Source: Eledone cirrhosa
Lineage: Eukaryota
DNA: 64,000 nt
NCBI GenBank assembly: GCA_964016885.1
Contig: OZ024741.1
Span: 209,126,001-209,190,000 of the forward strand
Reading direction: 5' to 3'
Part shown: in pieces, positions 24,301-36,323 of the stretch
Layout: each line of letters begins with the position of its first letter
Numbering within the stretch: position 1 is the stretch's first letter
The notes under the pieces: generated by a model
What the model saw: the letters and a program-made list of their open reading frames with translations, nothing else
The model's database searches: none
What the model was told of the DNA's origin: nothing
Translations under genes and position numbers: made by a program

Positions 24301-25395
24301 GATAATCAAAAACTCACACCCAGGGAAGTCGCTCAGCAGTATCGCAGTGAATCCATGGATGAAAAACTGCATGCTTATCAGCAAAAAATCATGCATGGAT
24401 ATGTTGCCAGGAAGTTCCAGAGTGAGAGTAATATAGATAAGGAAAGTAGTCTACTTTGGACCAACAACCGCTGCATTGGCTCCCACTTTGAAGGATACGC
24501 TTTTGCAATCCAAGAACAGGAGATTAACACGAAATACCTGATTCACAAAAGAGATAGGGATGCAGGCAAAATCCCTAGATGTGACAACAAGTGCAAACTC
24601 TGCAGAATTAACATCGAAGATGTCACCCATGTCATCAGCAGCTGTCCAAAGATGTCATCGCGGTACTATCTACCTATGAGGCATGATGTAGTGGCCAAAA
24701 CACTGCACAATGCAATCCGTAGAAAAGATAGCCCCGATAATAAACACGGTAATGTGGAAGACATCCATATACATATGAAATAATACTGGTGGAATGTTCC
24801 AGTAAAAACCCCAATAAAATGCAGGCATAACAGACCAGATATCATGATACGGGACAGGGAAAAGAAAGCATGCAAAGTAGTGGAAGTTAGCCCAGCAGAT
24901 GCCAATATAATATCAAAGATTAGCGAAAAGGAGAATATTTATGCAGAGCTGATGAGAAATCTGCAGATACTCCACCCTGATTACACCTTCAGATTATTTC
25001 TGTGATTATTGGGGAACTGGAGTATGTTAGTAACTGCCCCAATACAAATCTTGAGAAGCTAGGCTTCACAGGAACAGAAAGAACACAACTAGTTAGGAAA
25101 TTACAAGTACAATCCATTAATGGAACAGTAAAAATATGTAAGACATTCCAAAAATTTTGCATCTAATAACTGCATATAGACATGTACAGATACCAAGCAT
25201 ATACACATGCACACATACAACTCAAAACATCCACATCCACACATACAATAACATCAGGTTATGCAGGCATGCTACATAACCTACCTAGTTGATGTTGTGT
25301 AAATTCCAATGAGAGTCTTGCGTCTATGTTAAAAACCGACTCTCTCTCTATTGGTAACCATTTGTGAAATTATAAAACCAGAACATACATACATA
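21346..25395 (+). mobile_element. Degenerate R4/Dong-clade non-LTR retrotransposon B, a distinct family in tandem with A
   Basis: GYMNRMKLHWDEIHP, NYRPIAC, WLDYRKAFESVTH, VDDLKLY, CKLCRINIEDVTHVISSC, RHD, HNRPDIMI..VVEVS; ORF ends KTFQKFCI* at about 25166. The 3' end is ACATACATACATA. Confidence 0.88.
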
Positions 25396-25460
25396 ATACA
25401 TTGTCAATGAAAATCGTATAGCAGGTAAAAGAATTTACATAAAGATGGTAAAATTCCGAT

Positions 25461-25554
25461 ATTTCTATACAGCTGTTTCATGGTTTAAAAGAGCTGATGC
25501 TAAATAACAAATAAATGGCTTCATAAGACCAACCACCCACTCATCAGTAGAAAT
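25461..25554 (-). ncRNA. Type-I minimal hammerhead ribozyme
   Basis: Minus strand reads AUUUCUA-CUGAUGA-GUGG...CCAU-GAAA-CAGCUG-UA-UAGAAAU: perfect 7-bp stem I, intact core, palindromic stem III. Predicted cleavage between 25468 and 25467. Confidence 0.85.
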
Positions 25555-26184
25555 TAATCTTACTAAACGCATTAGAAACGATCAGCCACCATAGATTCAA
25601 AAGATACTTATTAACGCACATGGTAAGTATACAGTCAGGTCAAGCAGCGTGTTTGGTATAAAATGAAGCAGCTCTACTAATATTTAATGTTAAAAGCAGA
25701 AGTACGTATATAAAAGTTTAGTATGATGCGTAAAATTATTAAACATACTAGCAGAAAAACCACCCTTCACATGGTTTCCTACTAGTGTATGTAGTGTGCA
25801 TATTGATATTATACGCAAATATATCTGCATGTAGATATGATACATCAAATGAAATCGTAATTGACAATATGTACAAAAATAGAAGAGAGACTGTGTTACA
25901 CTGTCTTCTGTAATCAGTAAAATAATCCATGATACATTTTAAAAAAGACGATATTATATATAAACTGCATTACGGTGAAATGTAATGATAACGAAAAAGG
26001 AGAAAATTAAAATTAGCGACAGAAATATAAACCTTATATAACGATGCAAATGTATGCGGTGAGGATAATGCAAATATATGAACGTTTATATAAGCGATGC
26101 GATATAGCGTACGAACGCTAACCGGATGTGTAGACATTTGAAAATTTTAAAAGAAGTGAATCTTAAAATAAGCAATCATCTCTA

Positions 26185-29100
26185 TCTCTATATATATATA
26201 AAACGGTAGATGTCTGTCTGTGTGTGTGTGTATGATTGTTATGCATTTCAACATTTCTCTACCGATTTTGATGATTTTTTTTCCAATGTGCTCCAATTTA
26301 CCAGGTCAGGTCAACGCGTAATTAATTTTCCCAAAAATTTCCTGCTTCTATGAAAAGAAATCAATAAAACTAAATACATGCTGTAACCCTCTCTCTTACA
26401 CGCTTCATTCCTCTCACTACCCTCAATCTCCTCCGCAACTCTCTTTAAAAGGTTACTCCCTCCGTCTCTGAAGGAACGCGACACAAACTTTGATAACCCT
26501 CTCTCTTACATGCTTCATTCCTCTCACTACCCTCAATCTCCTCTGCAACTCTCTTTAAAAGGTTACTGCCTCCGTCTCCATTACAGTTTAGAACAACGAC
26601 AAATCTTCTCTCTCTATAATAGATCATTCACCCTCTTCGTTCGTCATACATCAAATATCAAAATTTAAAAATCCGATAACATTAAATACATACTGCTCTC
26701 TCAACGTTACGTTTTACATCAAATATTCAAAAGCAACAGATGAATTTATAAAACAACAAACGTAACAATAACGACGCTTAAGCGTTCATTTACTTGAATC
26801 TCAACAAAGACATTATATTTTATTGTTGTCCTTTTTGTAATTTTTCTTTCTTTGTTTTTCTCAATATGAGACAAAAAATTAATGAGAAAACTTTTTTAAC
26901 GAACATCCGATTTCGATGATTTATTTTCCAGTGTGCTCCAAAATAACGCCTCTGTTTACGCTCTTTTGTGCTATAACTCAGACAGGCTTGGCTTACAGGT
27001 TTGACCTATTATTTGACGTGCATTCTTCATAGATCTTACTTAGTACTCACTTTCCACTTACTCACCGTTCAATTGAAAGTTTTGGCTACTCCCCCTTTCA
27101 TGCTACATTACCTACATAAATATTTACTTGTTCGGTCCTGCTACAATATAGTACTCACTTTAAACTAATTCAAAGTTCATTTGAAAATTTCGCTACCAAA
27201 CACATTCTTTGCCACCCAAAAAAAGACCACGACTTAGTCGCCAAACACATTCATGCCACCCAAAAAAAGACCACGACTTAGTCGCCAAACTAAAGCTGCT
27301 TCTGCTGCCAAACGAAGAAGAGCTACAGAGTTGTCCGTAGAAAAATTGACTCGGTTGTCACAAAATGCAACTCAAAATGCAATTACCCGGGCAACTGAGA
27401 CAGAAAAAAAGAGGAGCAACCGCCTTTCCGGTAATGCATTTGTAACTGCAGTTGCACGTGCAGCACAAACCGATGAACAACATTCTCGACGACGAAGCAA
27501 AAATGCGGCCTCCACCGCTGCGGCGCGTGACAGTGAGGACGAATTACACCGTTACAGTCGACGACGAAGAGATGCCGCCTCAACTGCGAAGGGCAGCGTT
27601 CCATACGTCAACGTACGGACGCCGCTTCAACAGCTTCCGTTCGCGCATCAGAGACAGCACAAATTCAATTACAAAGGCTAAACGCCAACGCACTCAGCAG
27701 GAGTGCTAAACGAGGTACACAAAGGATCAGTTGCACTCAGTGATCTCATAAGGCTTTCCACTATGACCCAACAGTAAACAATGCACTGATGCCAGAAGTT
27801 CAGATTGGATCCATGTCTGTCATTTGCCAATATTGTCGGGCAAAAAAATGGCCTGGGGAGACTTCAGGGGTGTGCTGCTCTGACGGCAAAGTGAAACTGC
27901 CTCCTCTACAGGAACCACCACAACCTTTGAAGTCTTTACTGACCGGTGCCACAGCGGAGTCGGAACACTTCCTTTGATGTTCCAGGAGATACAACGCTGC
28001 CTTCCAAATGACCTCTTTCAGAGCTAACATCATACGCGAGGACGGCTTCATGCCTACCTTTAAAGTTCAAGGACAAATTTACCACAGAATCGGTTCACTA
28101 CTGCCCACGACAGACGGACAGCCCCAGTTCCTACAGCTATACTTTGTCACTGACTATTTGATCCAAGCGGAACGACGCACTTCAATTTCGCCTGGCACAG
28201 ACATGAAAATTCTGTTGCAACTCCAGAGAATGCTGCACGAAAACAACAACTACATTCGCAGTTTTAAATGCGCATTGGAGGCTGCTCCGTTGCCAAATGT
28301 TGCTGTTATAATCGACGCTGACAGGAAACCACCAGGCACCCACGCCAGACGTTTTAACACTCCCACGTGCAATGAAATAGCTGTGCTTCTTCATGGAGAA
28401 CAGTACAACAAGCGGGACATCATACTTCAGTGTAGGGACAATAGTCTGCAACGGATCAGCGAGACCCATAGGTCCTACGACGCATTCCAATATCCCCTAC
28501 TTTTCCCATTCAGTGACGACGGATACCACTTTGGAATTCCTTTGTGCAACAGCAACAAAACTGTTTCCTCCATGCAATTCTACACCTACCGATTCATGGT
28601 CCGCGAATGCTGCTTTAACCAACTCCACCGTGCAAGAGTACTCTTCAGCCAGCTTGCTGTAGACGCGTGCGCAAAGATGGAATCTGAAAGGCTGTGCTAC
28701 ATAAGGAACAATCAAGCACGCCTTCGTTACGGGATGGAGTAAGGAATGACATCGATCCCGAGAACCTAGGAAAACATTGTATCCTTCCGTCGACCTTCAT
28801 TGGGAGTCCCCGATACATGAGTGAACGCACACAGGATGCTATGACGTACGTGCGTCTCTACGGCAGACCGGATCTCTTCATCACTTCAACATGCAACCCT
28901 AAGTGGAATGAAATTACCGCGGAATTATTCCCCGGACAAAGGGCGTCAGACAGACACGACCTTACGGCACCAGTCTTTCACTTGAAGTTGACAAAACTTA
29001 TTGAACTCCTAAAATCAGATAAGGCCTTTGGGCCTGTTAGGTGCTACGTATACAGCGTTGAGTGGCAAAAGAGAGGCCTGCCACACGCTCACCTACTCAT

Positions 29101-32012
29101 TTGGCTGATAACGAAAATCAACGCAAGCAGCATTGACAGCATCATTTCAGCAGAAATACCCGACCCAAAATTGAACAGAGAACTCCACAACATCGTCACT
29201 GCTCACATGGTTCATGGGCCATGCGGAAACGGTTTCAACATCAATTCCCCATGCATTAAAGAAAGAAGGTGCACCAAGAGGTATCCTAGGCCATTCCTCC
29301 GAGAAACTCGGATAGGTGGCGACGGTTATCCATTATGCCGCCGCAGGGAGCTAGCGGACGGAGGAATTGTTGCGAAAACACCACATCACAACGTCGACAA
29401 CCGGTGGATTGTACCCTACTGCTCACTTCTGCTTAAATTGTTTAACGCCCTCATTAACGTTGAATACTGCCACTCCGTCAAATCGATAAAGTACTTCTGC
29501 AAGTATATCAATAAGGGGTCCGATGCTGTGTCCTTTGGTCTTACAATGGGGAACAACCGAGACGAAGTAACTCGATACCAGGTCGGTCGGCCGATACATC
29601 AGCAGCAATGAAGCGTTCTGGCGATTCTTCCACTTTGCAATACACCATAACTACCCCCCAATCAAACAGTTTGCCGTGCACCTTGAAAACGGTCAAAGAG
29701 TCTACTTCACCGCCTCCACCGCTGCTGAGATAGCAGAGGAACTCAAGGACACCACACTTACGGCATTTTTTAGGTTATGCCGAAATGATCCCTTTGCCAA
29801 GACCATCTTCTACTCTCACGTGCCATCATACTACACATGAAACACAGACAACAGAATTTGGTTAAGAAGGGTGAAAGGACAACCCGTCGAGGGACATCCA
29901 GACATTAAAATGTCCCCTACCCTTGGGAGAGTGTACACCATTCATCCTAACCAACAGGAATGCTTTTATCTCCGCCTTCTACTGCTTGAGGTGGTAGGAC
30001 CGACATCTTTCGACGATCAGAAAACAATCAACGGAGAGCTTTGTACTTCATTCCGCGCAGCCTGCCTTAGACGGGGTCTACTGGAAGATGGCGCTCGGTG
30101 GGATGCGACATTGGCGGATGCGACAATACGCTCAGCGCGAACTCTTCGGCAACTCTTTGCGGTGCTACAGCAGACATGCGAGTTAAGCGACCCTACATCC
30201 TTATGGGACAAATACAAAGAGGACCTTTCCGATGACTACATACACCAAGGACAACTGCTACTCCCTCATTCCGACGTACGACTCAGCGACGAATTCTTCA
30301 ACAAAGCTCTCATTGATATCGAGGACAAAATCCTAACTGCCGGCGGAAATGACCTTCCATTCTATGGACTGCCAAAAGTTCAGCGAACGGGCTCAGACAA
30401 AATTCCGACGGACATAATTCAGGAAACTGCCTACGACGTCAACGCCTTCGAACTGTTCATCAACGAAAACGAGCCGAAATCGTTGCAGGACCAACGGCAG
30501 GCGTATGACACAGTTTGCACTTCCATTCGTCAACGCAGAGGAGGTATCTTCTTTTTGGACGCCCCAGGAGGAACTGGTAAAACATTCGTCAATAAACTCC
30601 TCCTCGCCAAAGTGCGACAGCAGAAAGGAATCGCCCTGGCTGTGGCTTCTTCTGGCATTGCCGCAACTCTGCTGCCCGAAGGTAGGACAGCTCATTCCGC
30701 ATTTAAACTGTCATTCAACACGACTTCAGACGACACAATAACCTGCAACATCACCAAGGACTGTGACAAAGCTGAAGTCTTGAAAAGATGCCAACTAACT
30801 GTGTGGGACGAATGCACAATGGCCCATAAAGGGTCCCTTGAGGCGTTAGACAGGACCTACGAGACATCAGGGAATACAACCGGCCGATGGGGGGAGTACC
30901 TCTACTGCTGTCTGGCGATTTTCGACAAACTCTTCCAGTTGTTCCAAAAGCCACCAGGGCCGACACTGTGGTGGCTTGCATTAAGTCATCTCCCCTGTGG
31001 CAGGGAGTGACAATCCTGACCCTCACAACAAATATGAGAGCCCAACTGTTCGGGGACCACTCAGCAGCCGACTTCGCAAAGGACCTCTTAACAGTTGGTG
31101 ACGGCACTGCATCTTCAGATGCAGCTGGAGAAATGGCAGTCTCGCAAGTAGGCACCGTTGTCGACACTGTTGACGACCTCACAGCCTCTGTCTTTCCCGA
31201 TATGGCAATCAACTACAAAAACACGAGTTGGCTATGCGATAGAGCCATATTGGCTCCCAAAAATGTCTCAGTTGCAAAAATCAATGAGGACCTTCTGCAA
31301 CGCATTCCTGGAAACCTCCATACCTACAAATCTGTGGACAAAGTGGTGGACAAAGATGAGGTTGACGATTTTCCAACAGAATTCCTCAATTCCTTGGACC
31401 TATCTGGACTGCCACCTCATGAACTGCGCGTCAAAGTTGGGACACCAGTCATGCTGTTGAGGAACCTGGAACCACCGCGTCTCTGCAACGGAACACGGTT
31501 AGTGGTAAGAAACCTCCTGCCGCATGTAATTGAAGCCACAATTCTCGCGGGCTGAGGCGCTGGAGAAAACGTCTTCATACCCAGAATACCATTAACTCCA
31601 TCAGGTACGGAATGTCCCTGTACTCTGCGCCGACTTCAATTCCCCGTTAAACTTTGCTTCACGATGTCAATCAACAAGTCCTAAGGCCAAACGCTATCAA
31701 CGGCAGGCCTCCATTTAGCCCAGCCGTGCTTCTCATACGTCGCATGCTCAAGAGTGGGATGCAAGCAGAACTTATTCATACTTGCGCCCAAAGGCAGAAC
31801 AAAAAATGTGGTCTACATAGAGGTGTTGTGACTCCTCTATTCAGCACCACTGCAGTCTTGCCGGTCTGACATATAGTGAGTAGATGCTATTGTTGTATAT
31901 TTTCAAACTTACCCGTATTTACTTTCAATACCTCAATATTCATAATTGAGTGGAATCATTAAAAGTACTTTAAATCAATTAAACTCCGAGCAACGCCGGG
32001 CATTTCTGTTAG
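26185..32012 (+). mobile_element. Helitron, full length but inactivated
   Basis: 5' TC-TATATATATAAAA terminus; 3' hairpin TCCGAGCAACGCCGGG (31985-32000) followed by TTAG (degenerate CTAG); internal RepHel coding region. Confidence 0.9.
27253..31831 (+). pseudogene. Helitron RepHel (HUH-Y2 Rep + PIF1-family helicase), frameshifted
   Basis: MPPKKRPR NLS-like start; CQYC..CCSDGKV Zn motif; GRPDLFITSTCNPKW; VEWQKRGLPHAHLLIW (HUH); KYFCKYINKG (Y2); DAPGGTGKTF; WDECTM; GDFRQTLPV; MLLRNL..LCNGTRL; TKNVVYIEVL*. Confidence 0.95.
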
Positions 32013-33070
32013 TATATATATAAAATGGAAGATGCCTGTCTGTGGTGTGTATGATTTTTATGCGTTTCCACATTTCTCTGCCGATTTTGATGTTTCCAAT
32101 GTGCTCCAAATTTACCAACGATGGCCAACGCGTAATAAACTTTGCCAAAAATTTCCTGCTTCTATGAAAAAATTGATAAAACTAAATACATGCTGTAACC
32201 CTCTCTCTTACACGCTTATTCACTCTCTCTACTACCCAACAGCGACAAAACTTCGTTCAGGAACGCGACATAAACTTTGAAAACTAAACAACACATCATT
32301 TTATACAACAAACATAGTCATAACGCTCTCTCCGTCGCTCTTCCCTCTCTCTATAATAGATCATTCCCCCTCTCTATAATTTAACTGCTTTACTCTCTCT
32401 CTCTCTCTCTCTGTCGCTCTTCACTCTCTATATGACAACACTGTTTTACACACCTCTCTATAGTTTCTTAGCTTTACTCTCTCCATCGCTCTTCCCTCTC
32501 TCTATAATAGATTATGCCCCCTCTCTATAAGTTAACTGCTGGGAGAGTCATTGGAGTTCCGTATTGATATACGGCCTTTCTGTTTTGCCATGTCCATTAA
32601 CAAGTCACAACGGCAAACATTGTCGGTGGTGGGCATCCATTTGGGGGAGCGATGCTTCTCGCATGGCCAACTTTATGTTGCCTGTTCCCGCGTAGGGAGC
32701 AGGAATGGACATTTTGCTTACACTCCTCAAGGGATGACACGCAATATCGTCTACAAAGAGGTGCTATAGATGTTGGTGCAGGTGTTGGAGGTGTTGGAGC
32801 TATGCCGCCTGGAAAATTATTTCCTGGTAGGGTCACCCATGGCGGACAGATCTGACACCCAGCGGCATCAGGGCCACCATCTTGCAACTTTGGTCTGCTA
32901 AATTCGCTATTGATTGTCCAAAATGCTAATTGGTTCGTAACTTTTAATAACCGGTTCAGCTGCTTTATGCACTTAATTGATAAGCTTATTCGCTTTCAAG
33001 CCACGTTTACCTGTATGTAACTTTTCATAGCAAATGAACAAACCCGAGCAACGCCGGGTTAAACTGCTAG
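32013..33070 (+). mobile_element. Non-autonomous Helitron in head-to-tail tandem
   Basis: 32013-32280 is homologous to 26190-26490. Ends CCCGAGCAACGCCGGG-TTAAACTG-CTAG followed by T. Confidence 0.88.
32575..32769 (+). pseudogene. PIF1-helicase C-terminal fragment (motifs V-VI)
   Basis: FAMSINKSQRQTL..CFSHGQLYVACSRV..TRNIVYKEVL*. Confidence 0.85.
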
Positions 33071-33299
33071 TTATATATAAGAATATTTATGTTTAATCAA
33101 CAGCTACGAAATTTAGTACATAAATTATGTAATATTCATTCATTATTTATTCAAAGTAATCCAACTTATTTACTAACGGGATAAAAAAAATATATTCAGG
33201 ACACAGTCCCGCACTCTTTCCTTTATTATATTATGATTGTCTGACAAATGCATAGATCAATCAGAGTGCTAAAAATAGCCTCTGTTTGAACCTATAGTC

Positions 33300-34135
33300 A
33301 GCTCTACTGTTCAACTCGTCTATGCGGTGAGCATAATGTCATCTGTGAACCGGAGGTCAGTGAGCAGCTCGCCGTCCCAAACGATGTCTCTGATGACCAT
33401 TTTGAGATATGCCGTGGAGAGCTTCGGAGAAAGAAACACGACGGGTGATGATAACAGGGTCACATCTGGAGTGCATCCCGAATTCGGCTCCCTAAGGAGG
33501 TTGATATACTAGGCTTTTGCTCATTCCAAAAACTGCGTCCAAGTAAATATGTGATCCATCGTGCTGAATAATGAGATTTCGCGGAGAATAAGATCGTTCA
33601 ACTCAGTGAAGGATGTGCTGAAAGCGAAACTCAGCCAAAACCCTTCAACAGCACGGCTCTACCTGCAATGCTCTATGCAAGTGAAATGTGGGCGACGACG
33701 AAGCTTGAGAACCAGAGGTTAATAACGGCGCAAAAAACCATGGAAAGGTCGATGCAGGAAATCACCTTGCGTAATCACATACGAAACAAAAGATCAGGGA
33801 AGGAACCAGAATGAAGGACATTATCGCCTAGTACCGTCTAAACAAACTCAGATGGGCCGGACATGTCGCACGGTTCACTGATAATCGGTGGACCCGTGCA
33901 GTTGTCTAGTGGTTCCCGCGCGAGCAGGAACCACTCGAAAAGCCTCCACAGATGGAATAACGATATAAAGAGAATAATTGGATCGCTTTGGAGAAGAACA
34001 GAATGTACAGCTTGTCACTATTTTTAGATACACACACACATACTCACATGCACACACAGAATGGAATGAATGAAATGATATGGCCAGCGGATTCAAAGCG
34101 ACATCCGAGAGTATGGTCGGTCAAGGTGATGAATA
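33300..34135 (+). mobile_element. Truncated RTE LINE with an inverted 5' segment
   Basis: Minus 33300-33535: SPKLSTAYLKMVIRDIVWDGELLTDLRFTDDIML. Plus 33540-33990: EISRRIR..FNSTALPAMLYASEMW..MERSM..KLRWAGHVARFTDNRWT. Confidence 0.8.
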
Positions 34136-34186
34136 TGATATATAATATAAATATATCTTACCAGATGTCACAAGACATTATTATAT

Positions 34187-34372
34187 GTGGATTGGCAGTA
34201 TCGGCAGAGAGTCGGACGCCATGCTTTCCAGCATAGTTACGCCCCTTTATGGTCTGAGTTCAAATTCCGCCGAGGTTAACTTTGCCTTTCATCCTTACGG
34301 GGGTCGATAAAATAAAGTACCAGTAATGTACTGGGTAATTGCTGGCCTTGTGCCAAAAGTAGAAACAATTAT
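34187..34372 (+). mobile_element. tRNA-derived SINE
   Basis: A box TGGCAGTATCGG, B box GAGTTCAAATTCC, same core as the 7919 copy. Confidence 0.85.
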
Positions 34373-34434
34373 ATGTATAAACTGACTGTAGTAACAGTGG
34401 CAGAATGGTTATCATGTTGAACACACGCTTCTCT

Positions 34435-34437
<3 letters not shown>

Positions 34438-34508
<71 letters not shown>
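34438..34508. repeat. (TG)n microsatellite
   Basis: Seen directly. Confidence 0.95.
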
Positions 34509-34509
<1 letters not shown>

Positions 34510-35081
34510 GAGAAAGGTAGAGAGGTGTCACTAAGATATACACGTCATCAATATTATAATGTCTTGTGTCACATCTGGTAAGCCGTCTGCCAAGATAGAA
34601 GAGACACACACAATGCATCTGTTCGCTCATTTCAAACAGTCAGTTCAGATGACAGTGTTAATCAACGGAATGTACAGCTAGTCACCATTTTTAGATACAC
34701 ACACATACTCACATGCACACACGCACACATATATATATATAGTGTATGTGTCTGCGTATGCGTATGCATATGTATGTCTATATATATGTATGTGTGTCTG
34801 TGTGTCTGTGTGTATGTGTCTCTGTGTGTGTGTGTGTTTGTGTGTGTGTCTGTGTGTGTGTTTTGTTTGAAAAACAGAGAAAACTGTCAAAGAAAATATA
34901 TTAAAACCTAAGTTAAAATTCCAGTAAACAGCTTGGGTGAAATCTGAACCTGCAATCTTTGAATTCCATTCGTTTTCAGTTTCCATTACACCACAGAGCA
35001 ATTTGTGGAATGGACTTCCGTCGGTTTCAACGATTAGTGTTCCAGTTATTTGATCCACAGAACAGCCTCCTCCTAAAATTA

Positions 35082-35250
35082 CCGTATTTCCAGGCGTCGA
35101 CGACGCTACTTTTTCCTAAAATAAGTTTCAAAAAATCTACCATGCGTCCTGGAGACCGAAGGTTGTTTATTATTTTTTGTTCAAATTTTTGGTTGTCAAA
35201 ATTAGGGTGCGTCCTCGAGGACGAAGCGACTTCGGTGCCGGGAAATACGG
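35082..35250. mobile_element. MITE, Tc1/mariner-pogo superfamily
   Basis: TA-CCGTATTTCC...GGAAATACGG-TA: terminal inverted repeats flanked by TA. Confidence 0.8.
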
Positions 35251-35878
35251 TAAATGGCTAAGCATTTCATAGAGATTCAAGGAGATTACGTTTGACACTT
35301 TTACAATCTATCTGACGTGTTATCAAACAGTTTTCATCCAGGGAAACTGTGTAGATTCTATACAGTTTCCCCTTCCCTTATAAGGTTTTGGTCGATCCGA
35401 AGCTAAGGTAAATGACACAAAGCAGTTTGTAGGCATTACTTGGACTGTCACATGATGAGAGAAAGTGGGGTTGAATGGGAGTTGCTTTACCACTGTATTA
35501 TACGATAAATTGTTCCAAGATGTGAGAGCGTGGTGGGGTTAACAAACATGCAAAGGCGATCCCAATATTATTCTCTGTACAAAGAAAATAATAACGTATA
35601 TCCATTTGCTTTCATTTTGAGAATGATCTTCATATTAACTGTATGTATTCCTACATAAAATGTATCTAAGATATTCTAGTGTACGTTATATGCATCCGTG
35701 TATGGTCTCGTAACTCCTAATACAATCGTAGGGGCGCCGTATTGACATACAGCGTTCCTAGGGCATTTTAAGCCTGACAAAGACTATCCTTTTCCAGGCC
35801 TGAGTACAGCAGATTACTTCCAGAGAGAAGAAAAATGAACCCCAGTACTAGACTGGTACTTTTTTTAACGACCACACA

Positions 35879-35881
<3 letters not shown>

Positions 35882-35950
<69 letters not shown>
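35882..35950. repeat. (CA)n microsatellite
   Basis: Seen directly. Confidence 0.95.
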
Positions 35951-35957
<7 letters not shown>

Positions 35958-36274
35958 ACCCACATATATATACACTCAGAAAATGGTGAGATTGTAAGAT
36001 AAGGGTGTTTGAAAAGGTAGTCATAGACCTACTCTCCTGCTGATTTTATTTCATTAGCTGACCTTTGATGAGTTTATAATGGCATAGCTGAATCAACTCT
36101 ACTCTTCCAAATCCATAAAGAATAGAAATCTGTAGAAGATATTCTTTATGGATTACCATAATATATTTATTATATTATAACATTAAATCATAAAAATTTG
36201 TTAACACTACAAGTGAAGTCATTCTTTTCCTTTTTTTCAAATATACCTAACTGTACCAAGGATCTCACACATTT

Positions 36275-36319
<45 letters not shown>

Positions 36320-36323
<4 letters not shown>

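Noticed and set aside
27253-31831. Host PIF1 helicase gene or viral Rep
   Set aside because: The Rep-helicase fusion, Helitron termini and multiple lesions identify a dead Helitron.
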